A DNA stretch of 64,000 nt, from NCBI GenBank assembly GCA_034667725.1, contig JAXDQS010000001.1, positions 32,001-96,000 of the forward strand, written 5' to 3'. Below are positions 56,735-64,000 of the stretch, one piece after another (the first letter of the stretch is position 1; the number at the start of each line of letters is the position of its first letter). Origin of the DNA: Thermoplasmata archaeon. Lineage in GTDB: Archaea > Thermoplasmatota > E2 > JACPAO01 > JAHFTW01. The translations under genes were made by a program, and so were the position numbers. The notes under the pieces were generated by a model that did not search any database, was not told where the DNA came from, and was given only the letters and a program-made list of their open reading frames with translations.

Positions 56735-59494
56735 ATGCGGTCCTCTCGCCTGGCTGCGACCTTTGTCTCGCTCGCCCTTGCGCTGTTCCTGATGTCCGGC
56801 TCGCTGGGCGCCACCCTGCGGCTCCCTGGCCAGGTCGCCCAGGCGATGCAGGCCGAATCCGATGCCCAGCCCCTCCTTGGCCACGCCCAGCAACAACTGG
56901 AGCTGGTGCGCGCCGCCGCCGACCGGCTTGATGGCCCCGGCCCGCTGTCGGACGCCCTCGCGGCGACCGCCGGCATCGCCGTGCCTGCGCCGCTGCCGCC
57001 CTCCGCCAGCCTGGCCGAGGCGCTGTCGCGGCTCGCGGCCGTCGCCGGCCTGCCGGCGGACGTGCCGCAGCCGGCCGGCTTCGCCGCCCTGCCCGCCGAG
57101 GCGCAGGACGCCGTGCGCCGGATGGTCGACGGCATCCTGGAGGCCGACCGCCTCCTCACGCTCGCCTACGCCGGCCTCACCCCTGAGGAGGCTGCTTTCC
57201 TGCGCGCCAACATCCTGCTGCTCGACCAGCCCGGCGCCCTGGACCACGACGCCCAGCAGGAAGAGCTGCGCGCCGAGATGCTGGCCGCCCGCGTCGACGC
57301 CTCGATGGTGCGCGCCGCCGGCCTCGCCCTCGTCGCCGCCGTCGAGGCCATCCCGCCCTTGCCGGCCGCGGCGCCCCTCCCGACCCTCGGCGGCCCCTCC
57401 ACCACGGGCGTCGGCGGCCTGCCGCCCCTGCTGCCCGGCCCCACGCCGATCACGCCGAACGCCTGCAGCGCCTCCACCGGCTCCAGCATCGTGGACCCCA
57501 CCGGCATGATCGAGGTCGGCCTGGCCACTGACAACTCCTACCACACCGAGCGCGTCGGCATCCTGGACCTCGGCGGCAACGACTGCTACGAGAACCACCC
57601 CGCCTCCTTCGGCCCCGGCACGCCCCTGCTGCTCCCGGTGAGCGTCATCGTCGAGCCCGCCGGCAACGACAACTACGTCAGCGCGGACCCTCACCCGGGA
57701 AGCCCGCCCGGCACCACTTGGGCAAGCGGCGTCGGCATCGGCGGCATCGGCTTGGTGATGGACCGCTGGGGCGACGACCGGCACACGGTCTCCCTGAACA
57801 ACGATGCGTCCAACTGCGCCTCCTACGCCGGCAGCAGCAACACCTGGCAGCGCATCTACGGCCAAGGCGTCGGCATCCTCGGCGTCGGCGGCCTGGTCGA
57901 CGCCGACGGCAACGACGGCTACGTCGCCGTCAACACCAACGCCCTGAACGACGCCTTCTGCCACTGGGGCCGCGTGTACACCTTCGCGCAGGGCCTCGGC
58001 GCCCGCGCGGGCATCGGCTTCCTGGTGGACGAGGCCGGCGACGACCGCCTCACCGCCAACGCCTTCGCGCAGGGCAAGAACGACAACAACGCCCACGTCC
58101 ACGCCCAAGGCGTCGCCGCGGCGCGCGGCCTCGGCCTGCTGTTCAACGCCGAAGGGCACGACTCCTACGACGCCAGCTCCCAGGCCTACATCGGCCCGCT
58201 GGCCGGCACGGAGAAGGGCACCTTCGCGTACACCTTCGCGCAAGCCTCCCTCTACGGCGCCAACGAGCCCCGGCTGGAGCAGCTCGGGGCCATCGCCACC
58301 AACGCCGTGACGACCGGCCCGGCAGCACTCTGCACGGCCGTCGTGCGCGTCCCGACCGCGACCGGCGGCGTCGTCGACGCCGGCCTTCCCTGCGACTTCC
58401 AAGCCGTGGCGCTCCTGGTCGACGTGATGGGCCAAGACCGCTACAACGCCTGGTCCGACTCCTCCGACCTGGGCCGCGGCTGCAGCTGGGCCGCATGGGC
58501 CGGCGTCTCCGCGCAAGGCTCCGCGCCCACCAAGGGCCTGGCGTCCCTGCTCGACGGCTCGGCGGACGAGGACAACGCCTTCGACATCCACGCCAACGCC
58601 AACGGCATCGACTGTTCCACCCTCGGCGTGCGCTCCGCAGTGTACGGCCAAGGCTTCGGCGGCGCCATCCTGTGGGACCACTGGGATGCCCCGCCCTTCG
58701 ACCCGCTCATCCTGACCGACGCCGCCGTCGGCCTGCTGCTGCGCGCCGGCGCCTGCGACGGCCCGCGCCTGCTCATCCCGCCGGTGGGCACCACCATCAA
58801 CCTCGCCGCGATCATGAAGACCGTGGACGTGGCGCGCAGGGACCCGTGCGACTCCAGCTGGTCCGATGACACCTACGTCGCCACCAGCACGGCGACCAAC
58901 GGCGGCGCCCGGCTCGCCTGGGCGCAGGCGTTCGTCCAGGGCGCCGGCAACGCGCACACGGGCTACACCTTCTTCGGCAACCCCGTGGACTACGACGCGC
59001 TCGGCATCGGCCTCACCGCCGACGCGGCCGGCAACGACGGGTACTTCGCGCAGACCGCCACCAACAGCGGCGGCGGCACCGAGGACTCCTTCACGGTCGC
59101 GCAAGGCGCCTCCGTCGGAGGCATCGGCGTGCTCGCGAACGTCTTCGACGACGACAGCTATATCGCCGAGGCCCTCGAAGGCGGCGGGCTCCAGCCAGGC
59201 GACACGGTCGCGCAGGCGGACACGCGGGCGACCCCCATCGTGGTCACCGTGTGCGTGCCCCCGGGCGGTGGCCTGTTCTGCAGCGTCAACACCCTGAACC
59301 TCGCCGTGGGCATCCTCGTGGACGTGTTCGGCGACGACTACTACTCGACGGAGTTCTTCTACGTCGTCGGGCCCTGCCCCACCAACGGGCTGCCGCTCCC
59401 CGCCGTGCCGCACTTCTGGGGCAACACGGTGCCGCTCGGGTCGGTCAACTGCCCGAACCCGCCAGGCCTCGTCCTGGGCATGGACACCACCTGA
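56735..59494 (+). CDS. Large secreted protein with ~12 G-x-G-h-h-h-D-x-x-G-[ND]-D-x-Y / QG repeats
   Basis: Signal peptide; repeats such as GVGGLVDADGNDGY, GIGFLVDEAGDDRL, GIGLTADAAGNDGY, VGILVDVFGDDYY. Confidence 0.7.
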   Translation: MRSSRLAATFVSLALALFLMSGSLGATLRLPGQVAQAMQAESDAQPLLGHAQQQLELVRAAADRLDGPGPLSDALAATAGIAVPAPLPPSASLAEALSRLAAVAGLPADVPQPAGFAALPAEAQDAVRRMVDGILEADRLLTLAYAGLTPEEAAFLRANILLLDQPGALDHDAQQEELRAEMLAARVDASMVRAAGLALVAAVEAIPPLPAAAPLPTLGGPSTTGVGGLPPLLPGPTPITPNACSASTGSSIVDPTGMIEVGLATDNSYHTERVGILDLGGNDCYENHPASFGPGTPLLLPVSVIVEPAGNDNYVSADPHPGSPPGTTWASGVGIGGIGLVMDRWGDDRHTVSLNNDASNCASYAGSSNTWQRIYGQGVGILGVGGLVDADGNDGYVAVNTNALNDAFCHWGRVYTFAQGLGARAGIGFLVDEAGDDRLTANAFAQGKNDNNAHVHAQGVAAARGLGLLFNAEGHDSYDASSQAYIGPLAGTEKGTFAYTFAQASLYGANEPRLEQLGAIATNAVTTGPAALCTAVVRVPTATGGVVDAGLPCDFQAVALLVDVMGQDRYNAWSDSSDLGRGCSWAAWAGVSAQGSAPTKGLASLLDGSADEDNAFDIHANANGIDCSTLGVRSAVYGQGFGGAILWDHWDAPPFDPLILTDAAVGLLLRAGACDGPRLLIPPVGTTINLAAIMKTVDVARRDPCDSSWSDDTYVATSTATNGGARLAWAQAFVQGAGNAHTGYTFFGNPVDYDALGIGLTADAAGNDGYFAQTATNSGGGTEDSFTVAQGASVGGIGVLANVFDDDSYIAEALEGGGLQPGDTVAQADTRATPIVVTVCVPPGGGLFCSVNTLNLAVGILVDVFGDDYYSTEFFYVVGPCPTNGLPLPAVPHFWGNTVPLGSVNCPNPPGLVLGMDTT

Positions 59495-59537
59495 GCCAGC
59501 CGGGCAAGCCTTCAAGCCAGCGCGCCCTGCCGCGCCC

Positions 59538-60815
59538 GTGGACCTCCAGCGCCCGATCGGCACCCGCGACTTCGGCCCGGCCGACATGGCCGTCCGCAAC
59601 CACGTCGCGAGCCTGCTGCGGGAGGTGTTCCGCCGCTACGGCTACGCCGAGGTGGGCACGCCGACCTTCGAGGCGCTGGAGCTGTTCACGGCCAAGTCCG
59701 GCGACGGCGTCATTGGCGAGCTCTACAACTTCAAGGACAAGGGCGACCGCGACCTGACGCTGCGGCCCGAGCTGACCGCGCCGGTCATGCGGATGTACTT
59801 CGCCGACCACTTCAACGACCCCAAGCCGCTCAAGTGGAGCTACTTCGGCAACTGCTTCCGCTACGACCGGCCGCAGGCGGGCCGCTACCGCGAGTTCTGG
59901 CAGTTCGGCTGCGAGCAGATCGGGGCCGGCACGCCGCTGGCCTACGCCGAGCTCATCGCGCTGGCGGACGCCTGCCTGCGCGCCGTCGGGCTGCGGCACA
60001 AGGAGCTGCGGATCGGCCATGTCAAGATCCTGGCGCACTGCGTGGACACCTTCGGCTTCGACGCCGCCACCCGCGGCGCCATGATGCGCGCCATCGACAA
60101 ACGCAACGACGTCGAGGTGCGCCGCCTCGCCAGCCAGAAGGAAGGCTGCGCGGCGGCACTCGACCGGCTGTTCCTGGTGATGGACGCGCCCACGGTCGCG
60201 GCCGCGCGCGAGGCGCTCTTGGGCGAGGCGGCGGAGGCGCTCGCGGACCTGGAGGCGTGCCTCGCGCACCTGCACGCGCTCGGCGTGCGCGACGCCAGGC
60301 TCGACCTCGGCATCGCCCGCGGCCTCGACTACTACACCGGCATCGTGTTCGAGGTCCACTGCCCGCTCTTGGGCGCGCAGAAGCAGCTCCTGGGCGGCGG
60401 CGGCTACGACCTGAGCGGCGTGTTCGGCGGCACGCCGACGCCCACCATGGGCTTCGGCCTCGGCTTCGACCGCACCATCGTCGCGCTGGAGGCGCAGGCG
60501 GCCAAGGAGGGCCAGCCGGCGGCGTTCCCGAAGGCGCCGGGCCCGGCGCTCTACGTCGGCCTGCTGGGCGAGGCCGCGGCGGCGCGCGTGCTGCCGATCG
60601 TGGCGCGGCTCCGGGACGCCGGCGTGGCGGTCGAGGTGGACCTGCTTGGCCGCAAGCCGGGCGCTGTTGCCAAGCACGCCGACGCCGTCGGGGCGCGCCA
60701 CCTTGCCATCGTGGGCGACCGCGACCTGGAGTCTGGCGCGGTGCAGCTCAAGGACCTCGCCACCGGCCAGTCGGAGTCGGTCCTCCTGGAGGACCTGGCG
60801 TCCCGGGCCTTCTAG
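59538..60815 (+). CDS. hisS: Histidine--tRNA ligase
   Basis: GTRDF, TPTFE, LRPELTAP, FRYDRPQAGRYREF.Q, RGLDYYTG, GGGGYD. Confidence 0.96.
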   Translation: MDLQRPIGTRDFGPADMAVRNHVASLLREVFRRYGYAEVGTPTFEALELFTAKSGDGVIGELYNFKDKGDRDLTLRPELTAPVMRMYFADHFNDPKPLKWSYFGNCFRYDRPQAGRYREFWQFGCEQIGAGTPLAYAELIALADACLRAVGLRHKELRIGHVKILAHCVDTFGFDAATRGAMMRAIDKRNDVEVRRLASQKEGCAAALDRLFLVMDAPTVAAAREALLGEAAEALADLEACLAHLHALGVRDARLDLGIARGLDYYTGIVFEVHCPLLGAQKQLLGGGGYDLSGVFGGTPTPTMGFGLGFDRTIVALEAQAAKEGQPAAFPKAPGPALYVGLLGEAAAARVLPIVARLRDAGVAVEVDLLGRKPGAVAKHADAVGARHLAIVGDRDLESGAVQLKDLATGQSESVLLEDLASRAF

Positions 60816-60868
60816 GCAGGACCGAAACCTCGCGCACGCCTTTTCCCCACGGCCGCCGTTCTCCCGCC

Positions 60869-61588
60869 ATGCGCTGGCTTGCCTTCCTCGCCCTCGCCCT
60901 GCTGCTGGCGGGCTGCATGCAGTCGGGCAGCAACGGCTCGTCGACGCCGCCGCACACCTTCTCCACCACGACGCCGCCGACCTCCAGCTCGACCACCACG
61001 ACGGGGCCGGCCACGACGGGGCCGCCCAAGCTCGCGGTCCTGGAGATCGGCGGCTGGGTCAACAGCACCGGCCCCTACACCGACGCGAGCGTCAGTTGCG
61101 ACCCCGTCGCCGGCGCCCGCGTCGACCTGGCCGGCAAGAGCCTGCACCTGCCCGCCGAGGCCGACCCCGGCCAGCAGTTGCGCCTCGTGGTGTTCGACCG
61201 CAGCAAGTCGAGCGACAACGGCACCGACGGCGCCCCCGAGTGCCGGCCCAGCGTGCTCGCCGGGTTCGCCGCCGGGGTCCAGAACTACACTTGGAAGATC
61301 GAGACCGGCTCCGGGTGGGTCCCGGGCGACCGCACCTTCAAGCTGCAGCCGGGCACGAGCACGCTCGCCGTCGACAACACCCTGCTGCCCGTCGGCAAGC
61401 CCCGCGCCGTGACCATCGAGTTCAACTGGACCCGCTACGACAGCGCGCAGTACCACTACCAAGGCACGCTCTGGCTGACCTACCACGGCGAGTGGCCGCA
61501 TTCCACCATCCACCGCGACTTCCTGGAGCACCGCCTCGGCCTGGCCGACGACGAGGCCGTCTGGGTGCCCAAGCCCCCGATTCAGTAG
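60869..61588 (+). CDS. Lipoprotein with Ser/Thr-rich linker
   Basis: LLLAGC lipobox followed by an S/T/P tract. Confidence 0.6.
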   Translation: MRWLAFLALALLLAGCMQSGSNGSSTPPHTFSTTTPPTSSSTTTTGPATTGPPKLAVLEIGGWVNSTGPYTDASVSCDPVAGARVDLAGKSLHLPAEADPGQQLRLVVFDRSKSSDNGTDGAPECRPSVLAGFAAGVQNYTWKIETGSGWVPGDRTFKLQPGTSTLAVDNTLLPVGKPRAVTIEFNWTRYDSAQYHYQGTLWLTYHGEWPHSTIHRDFLEHRLGLADDEAVWVPKPPIQ

Positions 61589-62686
61589 CTACCAGCCGTG
61601 CGCGCCGCCGGTGCCCAACAGGGTCCGCACCACCTCGGGCTGCGGGCTGCGCGTGGCCGCGAACGCCGCGTTGGCGCGCGCGTGCGCCGGCGTCCCCATG
61701 CCGACGAGCGCCACCGACACGCCGGGGACGCTGCGGGTGAACTGCAGCGCGGTCTCGGCGTCGCTGGCGGTGCCGAACGCGGCGGCGTACTCCGGCGGGA
61801 TGCGGCCCGCGATGCGCATCTGCATCAGGCTCGCCGACGCCAGCACCACCATGTCCAGGTCGCGGGCGCAGTCGAGGATGGTCTGCGCGCCGAAGCGGAA
61901 CGGCTGCGTCGGCACCATGGCGGCCTCCGGCATCGCGAGGTTGACGGGCAGCTCGAGGACGCGGAAGTGGTGCTCCGACGCGCGGCCGCCGGCCTTCATG
62001 CGGGCCTGGCCGGCGTGGTGGACCAGCTTGACCAGGCTGAGGTGGCCGTTGTGCTCCGGGCCGACGCGGAAGCCGTCCCAGGTCGCGACCCCGTACATGG
62101 CGAGGTGGCCGGCGTCGCAGGCGCGCTCCAACGCCTCGAACGCGGCCTCGACGCTGGGGTAGAACAGGTCGGGCGCGACGCCCCACTCCAACTGGTGCTC
62201 CGGGTTGTGCAGCAGCATCGCGTCCAAGGTCGCGACCCCGAGGTTGCGGCGGCTGCGCTCCAGCTCGTGCAGCAGGTAGGCCGGCGCCAGCGTGTGGCCT
62301 GACAGCAGCTCGCCCGGCTTGAGAATCCCCGCGTGCAGGTACTCCGCCTCGAACCAGGCGTCGTCGTCCGGCTGGTCGCAGTCGCCGTGGACGTAGCCCG
62401 CCTTCGACACCACGACGACGCCGGCGCGGTCGCCGCCGCCCGCCACGAACCGCCGCAGCGCCCGCCCCAGGTCGCGCTCGGAAGCCTGGTCGCGGTAGTT
62501 GGACGAGGTGTCCAGCACGTTGACGCCGCCCGCCAGCGCCGCCAGCGCGGCCTCCTCGTAGCCCTCGCCCGCCAAGTAGGAGCCGAGGCCCAGGCTCGAC
62601 AACGACAGGCCTTGCGCGACCCTCGCGTGGCCGCTGGGCTTCAGGAACGCCGCCGTCCCGGCCGCCGTCGCCCGGCCTGGGATCAT
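61589..62686 (-). CDS. Aldo/keto reductase
   Basis: SSLGLGSY, GVNVLDTSSNYRDQ.SE, SKAGY, LHNPE, ALQFTRS.PG. Confidence 0.85.
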   Translation of the reverse strand: MIPGRATAAGTAAFLKPSGHARVAQGLSLSSLGLGSYLAGEGYEEAALAALAGGVNVLDTSSNYRDQASERDLGRALRRFVAGGGDRAGVVVVSKAGYVHGDCDQPDDDAWFEAEYLHAGILKPGELLSGHTLAPAYLLHELERSRRNLGVATLDAMLLHNPEHQLEWGVAPDLFYPSVEAAFEALERACDAGHLAMYGVATWDGFRVGPEHNGHLSLVKLVHHAGQARMKAGGRASEHHFRVLELPVNLAMPEAAMVPTQPFRFGAQTILDCARDLDMVVLASASLMQMRIAGRIPPEYAAAFGTASDAETALQFTRSVPGVSVALVGMGTPAHARANAAFAATRSPQPEVVRTLLGTGGAHGW

Positions 62687-62904
62687 CAGCCACCGCTGAA
62701 CGCCGACAGCAGCACGATGGTCTCGCCCGGCACCAATGGCGCGTCCTCGGGGATCGGCGTCGGCCCGCGCAACGCAAGGGTCGAGTCCGCGCCCTGGCCG
62801 ACCGCGCGCAGCAGGTCGCCCACCGTCGCGCCGGCCGCGAGCGCCACCGTCCGGTCCTCCTGCCGGCGCGGCCGGAACGACACGGTCACCTGGAGGACGG
62901 GCAC
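62686..62904 (-). CDS. Ubiquitin-like ThiS/MoaD/SAMP sulfur carrier
   Basis: 72 aa; GATVGDLL; C-terminal SGG diglycine. Confidence 0.82.
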   Translation of the reverse strand: MPVLQVTVSFRPRRQEDRTVALAAGATVGDLLRAVGQGADSTLALRGPTPIPEDAPLVPGETIVLLSAFSGG

Positions 62905-62967
62905 GAAACCGGCAAATACCCCCGCCATTTGGCCGCTTCGCCAGGAGACGGGCTCCTGGCGTCTTCT

Positions 62968-63050
62968 GCCGAAGTCGCATAACCCGGTATTGCGCTGGTC
63001 TCGAAAACCAGTGTCCTCTGGATTTGCAGGTTCAAATCCTGCCTTCGGCG
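62968..63050 (+). tRNA. tRNA-Ser(CGA), intronless, CCA not encoded
   Basis: Acceptor GCCGAAG/CTTCGGC + discriminator G; anticodon arm CTGGT-CTCGAAA-ACCAG; long variable arm; T-arm GCAGG-TTCAAAT-CCTGC. Confidence 0.93.
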
Positions 63051-63095
63051 CTCCATTTCGGACAAGACGCCGAAGGCAGGGCGGCCTCGATGGGC

Positions 63096-63398
63096 CTACG
63101 CGCAGAGGGGTTCGGCCCAGCAGTAGTTGGGGTCGTGGGTGGCGTTGCCCTCCCAGATGACCGTCTCGCCGGGGTTGTGGATCTCGTAGCGGACCTTCTT
63201 CTCGCATTGCTCGGTGTCCGGGTTCCAGGTGTAGCCCTCTTGGCAGTGGGCGCACATCACCGTGATGCCCGCCTGGTCGCACGGGGGCGTCTCAGGGCAC
63301 GGGAGCGGGGGGATGCACCACGGCGGCGCGGCCGTGGCGGAGCCGGCCCCCAGGGTCGCAACGATCAGCAGTCCGATGGTCAGGCTCATGGTCTTCAT
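63096..63398 (-). CDS. Small secreted Cys-rich protein
   Basis: Signal peptide ending ATA-A; 8 Cys in the ~77-aa mature part. Confidence 0.6.
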   Translation of the reverse strand: MKTMSLTIGLLIVATLGAGSATAAPPWCIPPLPCPETPPCDQAGITVMCAHCQEGYTWNPDTEQCEKKVRYEIHNPGETVIWEGNATHDPNYCWAEPLCA

Positions 63399-63549
63399 GT
63401 TGGGGTGTCCTGCCCCGAAGGGCATCGCGACGACCTTGGGCGTCTGGCAAAAGGAGCTTGGACGCTTTCCCGCCCGGGCAAAAAAAGACCGTGGACCGTC
63501 GCTTGCGCCGTTCCTGAAAGCTCATCTTCGCCCCCCCGGTCGCCCTCGC

Positions 63550-64000
63550 GTGCGCGCCGCGTGGGCCCTTGCCGTCCTCCTGCTTGTCCTGCCCGCCGTC
63601 GCCGCGGCACCTGGGGAGGGCGAGGGCGTGCGCATCGCCGTGCTCGACACCGGCATCGACGCCGGCCACGACGAGTTCGGGTCGCGCGTGACCCGACGCA
63701 CCTTCGTGGATCCCGTCCCGGTGGTGCCGCCGAACCCGCTGCCGCTGCCGCCCATCGACCCGACCGGCCAGCTGCCCGACCCCGATGGGCAAGGGACCGC
63801 GGTCGCAAGCGTTGCCGCCGGCGCCACCATGGGCCAGGCCCGCGCCGCGCTGCTGCTGGACCTCCAAGTGTCCGCGCAGTACACCGGCACCGCCGCGGAC
63901 CCGGCGCGCGAGGAGGCCGCCGTCGCCGCGATGGACTACCTGCTGCGGGAGGCGGGCGGCAACGGCACCGCCGGCCCGCGCATCGCGCTCCTGACCTTCG
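63550..64000 (+). CDS. S8 subtilase-like secreted protein (partial at window edge), catalytic His replaced by Gln
   Basis: Signal peptide; GEGVRIAVLDTGID..H; DPDGQGTAVASVAAG. Absent from the ORF track because it runs off the window. Confidence 0.75.
   Translation, partial: MRAAWALAVLLLVLPAVAAAPGEGEGVRIAVLDTGIDAGHDEFGSRVTRRTFVDPVPVVPPNPLPLPPIDPTGQLPDPDGQGTAVASVAAGATMGQARAALLLDLQVSAQYTGTAADPAREEAAVAAMDYLLREAGGNGTAGPRIALLTF

Noticed and set aside
63244-63258. CAHC as a heme-binding motif
   Set aside because: The sequence is CAHCQ, not CxxCH.
62968-64000. Integrated element at tRNA-Ser
   Set aside because: No integrase and no direct repeat of the tRNA 3' end found within the window; cannot be excluded beyond the edge.

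Overview
GC-rich archaeal chromosomal segment, most consistent with a Thermoplasmatota lineage (inferred from the A-type ATP synthase operon, class III-signal pilins, HerA-Mre11-Rad50, PINA ATPase, Nre and a SAMP/ThiS ubiquitin-like gene; no phylogeny was run). Left to right: a surface-polysaccharide cluster (rmlD, wzm/wzt, acyltransferase, methyltransferase, three GT2s, a GT-C-like protein); two type IV pilins divergent from a membrane-anchored solo Cas4-like nuclease; a Doc toxin with an unannotated downstream 44-aa antitoxin candidate; SPL-like radical SAM; PINA; secreted proteins and metalloproteases; malic enzyme; herA-mre11-rad50 (no nurA); tldD/pmbA; regulators; pdxT; the atpH-I-K-E-C-F-A-B operon (no atpD); a permease; nre; purB; hisS; tRNA-Ser(CGA); and a subtilase cut off by the window edge whose catalytic His is Gln. 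The most striking unexplained structure lies just downstream of atpB: two tandem, diverged but in-frame copies of the last ~20 codons of atpB, each fused to the same 28-bp palindrome, where atpD would normally be. No CRISPR array, integrase or transposase was found. Most long ORFs in the supplied track are GC-driven shadow frames. Product calls rest on motif recognition by eye, and start codons are estimates.
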